A DNA stretch of 64,000 nucleotides from Felis catus (Eukaryota), in assembly GCF_018350175.1 (NCBI RefSeq), contig NC_058368.1, forward strand, positions 28,956,001 to 29,020,000, written 5' to 3'. Shown here piece by piece: positions 52,942-64,000 of the stretch. The position numbers were made by a program, and so were the translations under genes. Numbering within the stretch: position 1 is the first letter of the stretch; every line of letters starts with the position of its first letter. The notes under the pieces were generated by a model. The model saw only the letters and a list, made by a program, of their open reading frames with translations, did no database searches and was not told the DNA's origin.

Positions 52942-52961
52942 ATAAATAAACTTAAAAAAAA
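52734..52961 (+). mobile_element. Carnivore SINE
   Basis: TSD taaaagctgacccc 52720-52733 and 52962-52975. Confidence 0.94.
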
Positions 52962-53403
52962 TAAAAGCTGACCCCCAAAAAGAAGAAAGGGATAGCATAT
53001 TAATTGGAAAAAGCATATTCCTTCTCTCACTCTCACCCCAAATTTTACTAAGTTTTTTTTTCCCTTCCATTGGCACACATAATGGAAATAGTCTTCAAGC
53101 TAGAGAGCACATTACAGGATGATAATCATATATAGGAAAAGAAACAACATCGGCATAAGAAAATTAAGACCTAAAATCCCTAGGTTCTTACATGATGCTG
53201 AATCCAGACACAGCAGACAAACATAATATTCTAAGAGAAAAGTAAGCATTTTACAATTCTGTAGCCTCCCTACCAAGGGCATTAATAGGTCTCCTAAAAA
53301 GGACCCCTTTTTATCATTTTTACTAATTATTAGCAAAAAAATTCTGCAGTGATGTTAGACCAGTTATTTAACAAAACCTACTGAATCAAAAATTGCATTT
53401 TGT

Positions 53404-53617
53404 GGGGCTCCTGGGTGGCTCAGTCGGTTAAGCATCCGACTTCAGCTCAGGTCATGATCCCACAGTCCATGAGTTCAAGTCCCATGTCAGGCTCTGCGTG
53501 GACAGCTCAGAGCCTGGAGCCTGCTTCAGATTCTGTGTCTCCCCCTCTCTCTGCCCCACCCCTGCTCACATTCTGTCTCTCTCCCTAAAATTAAATAAAA
53601 CATTTAAAAAAAATTTT
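53404..53617 (+). mobile_element. Carnivore SINE
   Basis: TSD aattgcattt. Confidence 0.93.
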
Positions 53618-53839
53618 AATTGCATTTGGTCAAGATCTGTAAGTTATTTGTATGCACATTAAAGTTTGAGAAGCCTTGCTTTCCATAACTTGCAAACTAG
53701 TCTCAAAGATAATATTTCATTAAAATATAAAGGAATTTTTTTAATCCTTTTGAGAAAAAAAAGAACTCATTTTTGCTTATTTCAGATTATAAAACTCATG
53801 AGTTCATTATATGAAAATTAGAAAATATAGACATTAAAA

Positions 53840-53999
53840 GGGGCGCCTGAGTGGCTCAGTAGGTTAAGCGTCCAACTTCAGCTCAGGTCATGATCTCACA
53901 GTCCATGAGTTCCAGCTCCACATCACACTCTGTGCTGACAGCTCAGAGCCTGGAGCCTGTTTCGGATTCTGTGTCTCCCTCTCTCTCTGCCCCTCCCTG

Positions 54000-54055
<56 letters not shown>

Positions 54056-54083
54056 AAAAATAAACATTAAAAAAAATAAAAGA
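53840..54083 (+). mobile_element. Carnivore SINE with long (CT)n
   Basis: ggggcgcctgagtggctcag head, A-rich tail. Confidence 0.93.
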
Positions 54084-56041
54084 AATTAAAGAAAACAGTT
54101 ATCATCCATAACTTCACAACCCCAAAATAACCATGGCTATTAATGTTTTGTTTTCTCCTGCATATTTTTCCTTGCATGTATATAATGTACATGCATACAC
54201 AGTTAAGATAATACTGTATAGACATGCTTTTCCATCATATGCTTATCACTTAACATTTCTTAGTGGTAACTTTCTGTCAGTAAATTTTTATTGAACACCA
54301 ACTATGTATCAAGCAAGCACTGCTCTAGATGCTGCACTTACATAAGGGCTCTTATCCCATACACCTTACTTTCTAATGGAGCAGAGATCTAATAGAGATA
54401 AAGAGATAATAATACATTTGTAAACAGTGATAAGAATGAAGAAAATAAAACAACGATGAGCTAAGAAGTGACACAATGTTTTTTTTTTTTTTTACTTTTT
54501 TAATAACCTATGCTCATTATCTGAACCTCTTTGACTCCTTTAGGGTTGACATGTAACTTTTAGCCTTATCAAAAACTGTGATATTTGGTATATTTGATAT
54601 GCTATTTGGTTAAGTTGAGAGTTCTATATTGTACTTAATTGAGTTACATATCACTGGAAATGTAACAGGTTCCCTTGAACTTCTTCAATGTCATTGCCTT
54701 GTCAATGTATTGATGAAAGTTTGAAAATCAAGACTAATGATAATAGTGGCACAGCTGTTACATTACATGCCACATAATCTTATTTCTGTTGTAATCCCAT
54801 ATTCCTCTTAACCCAGCTCTAGAATACAACCTCCATGTCACTTTGATGACAGCTAAGTATTGCTCCCACATTCTCTAGTATTTTTTGCAGTGCTTATTTT
54901 CCCAGTCTAGACTTGTCTGTGAAAGTCTGTCCTCATCTATGAAAGGCATTAGAAGCCAGTGCTCTGCAGTTTGGTATCTCCAAGAATCATAGAATCTCAG
55001 AATTGAAAGGTAGCTCAGTGCTCACCCCCAAACGCATTTCCCAGCGTGAAGTATCCTGGAAACCTGAGGAATGATCCTACTCCAGACATCAGGAATGATG
55101 GGGAAGGGAAAATAGAAGCCAGGTCCCAATCACTGTTGCAGGGGAGGGAGCCTAAGAAGGATAGCGCTGTGTGGTCAAACTTGTCTGTCTGATTCATAGC
55201 CCAGTGGGAAAGGATTCTAGAAGACTCCGTTCACCCCTTCCTCCTACCACCTATAGCTGTGTATCTCACAGAGTTGCATGAGCACGTTGAACTATACTCC
55301 AAGGAATCCCATTTTCCTATAAGATCATGGGGTTCTTACCAAGAACACACATTAGAAAAAAAACATAGTCCCAAGGGGCACATGTAAGATAATTCCTGGA
55401 ATTAACTGCCCACCAAATGGTGGTGACTTTATGCTGCTTAGGACTTTCTCTCTCTTTGTTTCACATTCACATTAATATATTTGTATTCAAATGAGGGAAT
55501 TTTGCCCTTGTTTGCAGCAAGGGTATCAAGAACAAGAAATTAATATTATATAGCCCTGCCTAGAGTAAAACTGTGTGGAGCTTCTTTGTGTAGTGGTTGG
55601 TCTATGCCTAAAGAAGCCTGCCTAAAGCTTGGCTTTGTATTTTCAATGACAGTACTGTCATACAGTCACTCCCAATGAAACCGTGATGGAAGTATGCTTA
55701 AGTTAACGTGCACTTAGTTGTCCCTAACGTGTCTCACTTGATGATAATGGTGATGATGATGATGATACCAGCTGACATAGATTGCCAGGCTCTTTCTCAA
55801 CCAATTCCATGTAGTATCTCATTTACTCTTCACAATCACTCAAAGTAGGAACTAGTGTTATCTTTATTTTAGAGCTGAGGACACTGACATGCAGACAGGC
55901 TAAGTAACTTGCTTGAGGTCAGATATCTGAGCATGGGGAAGGGAGGATCGGAACCAGGCTATCTGACTCCAGAGCACATGATATTAACTACTACTCTCAT
56001 TTGCACACATAAAAATATTTCAGATATTCTTCCCACTTCTT

Positions 56042-56435
56042 TTTTTTTCATTTACTTATTTTTTTAATTTACACCCAAGTTAGTTAGCATATAGTGCAAA
56101 AGGATTTTAGGAGTAGATTCCTTAATGCCCCTTACCCATTTAGCCCATTCCCCCTCCCACAGCCCCTCCAGTAACCCTCAGTTTGTTCTCCATATTTATG
56201 AGTCTCTTCTGTGTTGTCCCCCTCCCTGCTTTTGTATTATTTTTTTCTTCCCTTCCCTTATGTTCATCTATTTTGTATCTTAAAGTCCTCATGAGTGAAG
56301 TCATATGATATTTGTCTTTCTCTCACTAATTTCACTTAGCATATTACCCTGTAGTTCCATCCACATAGTTGCAAATGACAAGATTTCATTCTTTTTGATT
56401 GCTGAGTAATACTCCATTGTGTATATGTGTGTGTG

Positions 56436-56468
<33 letters not shown>

Positions 56469-56646
56469 CACGTCTTCTTTATCCATTCATCTGTCGATGG
56501 ACATTTGGGCTCCTTCCATACTTTGGCTATTGTCGATAGCATTGCTATAAACATTGGGGTGCATGTGCTCCTTCTAAACAGCACACGTATATCCCTTAGA
56601 TAAATACCTAGTAGTGCAATTGCTGGGTCATAGGGTAGTTCGATTT

Positions 56647-56691
<45 letters not shown>

Positions 56692-56712
56692 TTTATTTAT
56701 TTTTTTTTTTGG
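56042..56712 (-). mobile_element. Young 5'-truncated felid-type L1 3' end
   Basis: Perfect 17-bp TSD tattcttcccacttctt 56025-56041 and 56713-56729; ORF 56301-56486(-) has MEYYSAIKKNEILSFATMWMEL (L1 ORF2 C-terminal region). Confidence 0.95.
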
Positions 56713-57441
56713 TATTCTTCCCACTTCTTAATGTAAATAGAGTCCTTGGCTGTAATAAACCTATCTATGTCTTGATTGGGATATTGTCATTCTTTATTGT
56801 TTAACTACCTTCTCAGTCCACCTGGCATAGTTATAAGTTATTGTGGGAAAGTATTATGTGGAAATACCTTTGGGAAAGCAATTCAGAAGATTTCTGATCA
56901 GGGAGACATGGGGGACCCAACATGTTCATGAACTATTGTTTTCAGCTGTTTCCACTTGCACGCTAAGTTACAGAGAGCTCAAGTATCAACTTCTCTTCTA
57001 AAAGGAAGAGTTCTGAAGATCACATATTCTCTGCGCTTGCAGTCATTGTTAACAAGTTCAAGCTGATTATTTTGTTACCTAAGAAATCTGCTAGGTGTAC
57101 CGTGACAGAAAATGCTTAAGAAATGCATCGCCACTACTACGTTTCTGGATTTTGCACATCTCTCCAGGGGCCCATTTGCATACTGCTTTCCCATTCGTAT
57201 GTGCGTTGAGTTCGTTTTATCATTCCATGTGTTAAAACAATTAAAATTGACAAAATCTACACAGAGGGCATTCTTTGTCAGCAGAGCGGAGACCAGTCCA
57301 TTTGTGAAACTGTGTTCATGCAGAACCATCACTTATTTAAAAAGATCCTGTGTGTGTTTCCTGTTTATCAAGCAGAAAATGTGTCACGTACCCTGCAGAA
57401 GTAATTAAAATAAGGAGTTGTGTGTGTGCATGTCATTGTAG

Positions 57442-57567
57442 GCTAAAGGTAAAGAAAGACAGTGGCTAAGACACCAAGCTACGGGGGAACTAGATGATGC
57501 CAAGATCATCGATGGGCTCACTGGAGAAAAAGCCATCTACAAACGCCGGGGTGAGCTGGAACCACAA
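57442..57567 (+). CDS. VWA8: VWA8 internal coding exon (126 nt, phase 0 to 0): AKGKERQWLRHQATGELDDAKIIDGLTGEKAIYKRRGELEPQ
   Basis: Acceptor tgtcattgtag|GCT, donor CCACAA|gtaagt; translated by hand; recognisable GELDD..IDGLTGEKAIYKRRG motif. Confidence 0.96.
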
Positions 57568-59266
57568 GTAAGTAATGGTGAACTAGTAGTCTCAGGTAAA
57601 GTTCAGTCTTCTTTACAGACAAATGCTTTCCAGAATTGCCATCTTTATCAAAACACCATAAACCCTGAATATGGCAACCTGGTCTCCTGCCAGGGCCTCC
57701 CACCAGCAGAATCCACCAGAAGCTTGCAGCTGAGCAAGAGGCTGATGCTTGTCCCTGCAGATCAGCTCCCAGGACACAGAGCAGGGTGCCTCTGGGGGGA
57801 GGGGAAACTGAAGACACTCAGTGTCCATGAATCCTGGAGGACTGTGCGAGTAAAAGCCCTGGAACACTCTTGGTGGTTTTCTGCTATCCTGTTACTTCAA
57901 AGATCTGTGCCCATCCCAAAACTGAAGAAAATTTTAGAAAATAAGAAATTCTCTCTTAAATAATTCCAATTGTAGCATGTAAAGCTTTAGACAGCCATAA
58001 TATTATTTGCAGTCCCGTGGCAAAAAAAAAAAAAAAAAAAAAATGGCAGCAGTTGAAATACTGAGTCTCTTGGAGGGCCCCGTGACTTCCTGTATTCCTG
58101 AATAACCAAAATTGCTGAGTAGCCACTGAGAGCTGGGGGTGCAGTGACTGGTGGGGAAAAGCAGTCACTTACTCCATTTAAATGTTTATTCAGAGAGGAT
58201 CTTTTGGTAATTTGGGCAGTACTCACTTCTGTGTCATTGGCATGAGTCAATGACTACTTTCTATACTGACTCACTGCGGTCAACAAATGTGTTTAGATAT
58301 ATCTGAATTGTGAGTGGTCCTGGAATCATATGTGGCTCTGTTCTTAATTTAGGCAGACACAAGTTTTTAAGAAATATACTGAATTCTGTCTGAAATCACT
58401 GCACTCCGATACTCACACAATCTTTTTGAAATTACTAATTCTGCTCATTAGCCTTCATACCTGACAGCAAGCATATAACAACAGAACAATCTGGAACTTT
58501 TCTTCTTCCTTTTTTCCTATAAGTAAAACCGACAAACGTACTTTTGTTTTTAATTCTGCAAATTGGCAGGCATGAGTCCACAATCAAACTGAAACTTAAA
58601 GGAGCTTTATGTTTTAATTGACAGTTGTTGCTAAATAGCAGTTAGATGCCACTTACATGCTTTAACTGCCAAGAAAAGGAAAGAGAAGTAGAAATGCAGC
58701 GACTGGAAGGAAGCAGAAACTGGAAGCTTGTAATGACAAAAGACACTGACGAAATCTATTCCCTCTGTTCTTTGCCAGACGCCCTCTCACAGAACCTTGT
58801 TTTAGGAATCTAACATTTCTCACAGGCTATGTGGAAAATGATTTGCAGGACACTACATAAAAGGCACTAGCAGAATCAACGTGGCCTTCCAGAACAACTC
58901 AATCTTGCTAGTGTCACTGACTCCGAGGCATGACATGAAAATGACATGTTGGGGTTTGTATATCTTTCCGGATTATTATTTTTAAGAATAACAGCCTCAG
59001 CAAGGCAGTTTTACTAGACTAGGTTAGGCCTTGGAAGGCCCATATTCTAAAGGAAAATCTCTCCCATATGGCCCCAGCACAAATGTGAAATTCCATCTAC
59101 TGAAATACAGTCCTTTCCACCTGCCAGCACAGCCTCGAGCCACACCCAGCCTCCAGCTGATCTGCCTGCCTCATGGCCGGCACGCCGGGGCCGGTGTGGG
59201 ACCCTCAGAACTCCAACCAGGGGTGGTTTCCTGGTTCACGAGGCTTTTCTGTTGTTCCTCCCTCAG

Positions 59267-59425
59267 CTGGGCAGCCCCCAACAGAAACCCAAGCGCCTGC
59301 GCCTGGTGGTGGATGTGTCTGGCAGCATGTACCGCTTTAACGGGGTGGATGGCCGGCTGGAGCGTTCAATGGAGGCCGTGTGTATGGTCATGGAAGCCTT
59401 CGAGAACTACGAAGAGAAGTTCAAG
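59267..59425 (+). CDS. VWA8: VWA8 internal coding exon (159 nt, phase 0 to 0), start of VWA domain with MIDAS DxSxS: LGSPQQKPKRLRLVVDVSGSMYRFNGVDGRLERSMEAVCMVMEAFENYEEKFK
   Basis: Acceptor gttcctccctcag|CTG, donor TTCAAG|gtatgg; lies in ORF 59252-59611; hydrophobic strand LVVD followed by DVSGS. Confidence 0.97.
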
Positions 59426-59739
59426 GTATGGCATGAACTGAGGATGATGAGGGGTGCCACTGACCACTATATGCCCACGGGTCACTCCGGGTTAGGGCAC
59501 GGTGGTGGAAAGGGGGATGCAGGCTCCACCGGAGTGAACAAAAAGCTTCATCTCCTCATCAGCTCACTTATCAGCACGGAGGAAGAGAGCCTTTTGTTTC
59601 CTCTGCCCTAACCATCAGAAAATGATAATACCAGAATTCAAAGAACCCATTATCAGAAGAAAGCACTGCACTTTGCCAGTGTGTGATGTTAGCCATAATG
59701 TTAGGGGCAATAAGCAGGCATTTAGAAATACCACAGATC

Positions 59740-59957
59740 GGGGCGCCTGGGTGGCTCGGTCGGTTAAGCGTCTGACTTCGGCTCACGTCATGATCTCACG
59801 GTCTATGAGTTTGAGCCCTGCGTCGGACTCTGTGCTGACTGCTCAGAGCCTGGAGCCTGTTTCAGATTCTGTGTCTCCCTCTCTCTCTGCCCCTCCCCTG
59901 TTCATGCTCTGTGTCTCTCTGTCTCAAAAATAAATAAGCGTTAAAAAAATTTTTTTT
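59740..59957 (+). mobile_element. Young SINEC_Fc-like SINE
   Basis: TSD agaaataccacagatc 59724-59739 and 59958-59973. Confidence 0.96.
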
Positions 59958-62258
59958 AGAAATACCACAGATCTCTTCCACAAATTTCTAGAACCGCCAT
60001 CCTCATCCCAGTTTCCTCCACAGCCCATTCTTCCCCATCACTGAGCGGACAGCCTTCCCAAGGGTTGAGGACACCCTCAAAGAGCACTATTCTCAGCCTT
60101 GCTTTCCCTTTCCATGTGGGCGAAGATTAAACAGTAATAGATGACCCCCACTGGGAATGAAGACAGCAACCCTGGGAGAAATGCAGTTGCCCGTTCCAAC
60201 TGTGTCCATTTTGCTGCACCCTCCTTCAGAGGCCTGAGTGTGGAAAGGGGATCCCCTAGAGCCATGTGACTGCCCAAGTTGCCCATCGGTCCACTCTTAA
60301 TTGGCCACAGGAGCACCTGCACTTCTGGCCCTTTAATAGAGCAAATAACACAGTCACATGCTGGGTAATTATTATCAAAAGTGCAGGGGGCAGAAATGGT
60401 ATATGTGCAGACATGTATAGAGGGTGCTCAGTCTATCCATAGGTATTCTAGATCATATTCAGGATCTAACATGTCCTTCAGAAATAGGCAATCGTAGATC
60501 ATTATTTAGCTTGACATCCCACGTAGAGGATTACTATCTGTGTATTACGGTCTCTATTATCTTTTTACTTTAAAGATCTGTGCCAGAATGCACAGCAAGC
60601 AATAGATCAATGTAACCCATCATTGCGTTTACTTCAAGCCCATTTTTGAGCTCCAACTCTCCCAGGGTCCCTTGCATGAAGCTCTGTGTGAGAGATTCCT
60701 TTTAGAATTAAGTGGTAGGAAAAGGCGGCTTTGGTCAGGGAGTGCTGTGGGTTGCCAGGCTCTGTACAAGTTCAGGATACAAATACAAATGGGATGTAGA
60801 CTTTCACGGTAGGGAGCAGCTTTGTTTCCCTCCCAGAGTGAAGAACAGGGTTGTGATTAGTGAAAACCATGGAACTGTTCAAGATTCCCTCTTGGTTTCT
60901 GTTGCCAGAAAGGTCAAAGCCAAAAATCAAAGACCACTCTGGCAGCTTTATGTCCTGTGGCTTGTGCACTCGTATTCAGCCTTTTCCTTCCCCTGACCCT
61001 CCCTCCCTTCAGATGTAAGTGTGTCTTTGTTTTAATTTTTTGTTTTTTTATGTTTTATGGGTCTCTGGGAAATATTTATTTTAAAATATTTTAGATCTTG
61101 TCTAGTAGGAGTTTGAGTATAATTCCTAAATCACTTGGACCATGGATGACCAGCGGATGGTTAAACATCTATCCATCACATCAGCATAAGTCTTATTGAA
61201 TGTTTTGAAACCCTTGGGTTCTACTAATATTTGGATCAGCCCATCTGCCTCTTTTGTGAGTCTTGAAGGTCAGCGTTCCTTAGCTTCTTTTGAGTTATAT
61301 GGAAATTGTGATCCATTATAGATGGTAACCAACATATCACTATTAAAATTGGTATACATACTAATATGATCTAGAATAAAATTTCCAGTTAGAGGATTTT
61401 TGTGCCTTTGAGAACAGAACCGCTCCGATAGGTGAGACTACTTCTTCTAAGTTTTTAGGAACATTTTTAGGAGCTAACCAAGAAATTGGTTGACTCAGCT
61501 CCCCAGGACTGTGTAAAGAATTAGACAGAAGGTAGAAGGTGGCAAAGCTGATACGGAAATCTGAGAACCGTTCCAACAGCCTGCAGGTGGATGATGTGAC
61601 TATCAGGAAGCGTGTTGAATATTTCATTTCATCTCACACAGCGGAGTGCACAGAGAGATTGGTATTTCTCCAGTTCTCACTGTTAAAAGGCTGGCATTTG
61701 GGACAACATTAATGAGACTGGACATGTCACACCAAAAAGAAACAATATCAAGGAAAATCAGCCTTTCACAAGCTGTTGTTTTGTTTTGTTTCTAATTGAC
61801 GGTTACAACCCAATTGTGGCCATATAAGTGGATTTTAATAAAATTACAAACATAAATTGAGCACTTGCTAAGAGGATAGTACTCTGCTAGGTACAGAGTT
61901 CCCTGCCATCCTTGAGGATGCCTAGTGAGGGAGACACATAAAAAGTACCAGTTCTGATAGAACATTCAATGAGAGATGTGCAGTAACAGAGGCACATAGA
62001 AAGCATGCTCATCTCCAGACACCCCACTTCAGCACATATTTTGCTCATAGTCTCAAATTCCCACAATAGTGTAAATAATTTCCTCAGTCTTTATTAGTAA
62101 AACCACAGATATATTGAGAAGATAACCATGGTAATATATGACTAACAAATCCAGTCAATATTTAGAGCAAGAAATTATAGCAAGACACCAAGATAAGATA
62201 AGCTTTATTCAAGGTTTGAAGTATCTTTATTGTTTTTTTATGCTATTAGATTCTTAAT

Positions 62259-62462
62259 TTTTTTTAATATTTTATTTTATTTTTTGAGAGACAGAGCACA
62301 AGCAGGGGAGGGGCAGAGAGAGAAGGAGACACAGAATCTGAAGCAGGCTCCAGGCTCTGAGCTGTCAGCACAGAGCCTGATGCAGGGCTTGAACCCATGA
62401 ATACGAGATCATGACCTGAGCCTAAGTCGGACACTCTACTGACTGAGCCACCCAGGCGCCCC
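62259..62462 (-). mobile_element. Carnivore SINE
   Basis: Perfect 20-bp TSD tatgctattagattcttaat 62239-62258 and 62463-62482. Confidence 0.96.
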
Positions 62463-62914
62463 TATGCTATTAGATTCTTAATAGCACTTTTATGAAATGG
62501 ATTTTGTGCATTTTCTTGTACTTCTAAACATACTCCCTACCTTCACTATAGTTCCTTTCGAACTTTTTTAAGAGCATAGAAAGTCTCCACTGCATTAAAA
62601 TCTTTCCAAGAAAAGACATCAAGATTTCACAAAACAAGCTCTGTGAGGAAAAATGGCATTTGGGCGAGTATCTTGAGGGCTGGGGAGGGACAGGAGACGG
62701 GGAGAGCATAGGAGTCCTGCTCCTGCAAATTCATTACCATGTCCACGGACTTCAGAATTCACAAGTCACTACTCAGTCTCCCCAGTCCTCAGACAGGAAA
62801 CTGAGACCCAGGAACATTAAGGACTTTTCCCAAAGTCAGAAGGCTGTTGGAGACAGGACTCCTCTCCTTTTTGTTATTCCCTTTCGGTATTTTGATTTGT
62901 TTTTAAAATTTCCC

Positions 62915-63610
62915 CTTTTTATCCCAACTTTTTTATTCTGAAAAAATTGAAACCTACAGAAAAGTTGAAAGAGAAGTAAAATGAACACCCATATGCCTCT
63001 ACTTAGATTCGCCAAATGTTAATATTTTCCCTTGTTTGCTTTATGTTTCTCTCTAAATATATACTGTCTTCCTTCTTCTAAATCACTTAAAAATAAATCA
63101 TAATGCTTTACTTCTAAATATTTTATTATGCTTCTCCTAACAGTAAGGACATTCTCTAGCACAACCTCAATACCATTATCACATCTAAAAATATTATCAG
63201 TAATTTCATAATATCTTCTAGTCTCCAGTCCAAATTCACTTTTCCCAACTATCTCAAAGGTGTCTTTTTTTAAATGAAGTAATTAACATACAGGGTTATA
63301 TTGGTTCCAGGTGTACAATATAATGATTCAACAGCTCCATGTATTACTCAGTGCTTACCACAGGAAGTGTCTTTTCTAATTGGTTTTCCCCCCCACAATC
63401 CAGGATCCAAAATCCACACTTCATTTTTGGTTGTAATGTCTTGTTAGCCTCTTTTCACCCAGAGCGGCCACGTCACATCCACTGCCACTACCATCTTTGC
63501 TTGTCCTGATGCTTGCTCTTGAGAGTTCAGAACAGTTGTTCTGCAGAACGTCCTTTATTCTGGATTCATCTGGCTATTTCCTCATGGTGCCACTTACCTT
63601 ATCCCAACAT
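62915..63610 (-). mobile_element. Old L1 (L1MC/MD-like) 3' fragment with a nested ~100-bp younger L1 tail at about 63265-63365
   Basis: aaacctacagaaaagttgaaaga..atgaacaccc; nested piece aattaacatacagggttatattggttccaggtgtacaa flanked by gtgtctttt. Confidence 0.7.
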
Positions 63611-64000
63611 TCCTTATGTTTCCAGAACTCCCGACAGCTTCTCCCCTACACTGGGTGCACTGGAAACTTTGTACAATCTTCTCACCACCCCTGCCAACAT
63701 GTCTGAGTTTAGAGTGGCCACTGGCCACCCAGTCTCTGCTGGGGTCTCTCCAGCCTCCTTTGTAGAGTGTATGGAAAAAGTGGGGTGGAGCCATCTGACA
63801 TTCTGTGAGAGCGTTGGGGTAAATGTGTAGAAGGTTCAAAAAGGAGCAAAAGTGAAGCCCTCTACGTAAGCCTCTGACCCCTCTCAGCTCCCACTTACCC
63901 CTCCGGTGTGGACTTTTTTGTGGTGTCTTCTCAGAGATATTTGATGCGTGTACATCAAATGGCAGCATTCCGTTCACTGTGTTCTGTATCTGTACACCAT

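Noticed and set aside
56421..56468. (TG)n-TATA-(CA)n fold-back
   Set aside because: Microsatellite expansion at a position inside the L1 3' region that commonly varies.
1..64000. Recurrent ORFs such as MAQSVKRPTSAQV...SLEPASDSVSPSLSAP and ERERER/SLSLSL/CVCVCV peptides that look like a gene family
   Set aside because: They are translations of SINE copies and dinucleotide repeats, many with clear TSDs.
1..64000. CRISPR array, operon or other prokaryote-type system
   Set aside because: Sequence is mammalian intron/exon DNA; no regularly spaced repeat-spacer array or dense ORFs.

Overview
Mammalian (almost certainly felid/feliform) genomic DNA lying entirely inside the 3' part of VWA8 (KIAA0564; mitochondrial AAA+ ATPase with a C-terminal von Willebrand A domain), transcribed on the + strand. 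Five internal coding exons (31184-31292, 34339-34495, 41477-41585, 57442-57567, 59267-59425; 660 nt, 220 codons) have canonical AG/GT boundaries and splice into one uninterrupted frame that contains the MIDAS motif DVSGS. I found no exon in the first 31 kb, which appears to be part of one long intron. The rest is intron: about 27 carnivore tRNA-derived SINEs (SINEC_Fc-like), old and young L1 fragments, MIR/L2, MaLR LTRs, hAT MITE remnants and microsatellites. Almost all ORFs in the supplied track are SINE/L1/microsatellite artefacts. I cannot support a previously undescribed biological system here. The most interesting local structures are a triple SINE insertion hotspot that builds a near-perfect ~115-bp inverted repeat (12.2-12.9 kb), several other close inverted SINE pairs, CpG-rich patches on two exons, and a strong-looking cryptic acceptor upstream of the first exon. 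Repeat family names and the VWA8 assignment come from recalled consensus/protein sequences, not from a search; repeat boundaries without TSDs are approximate.
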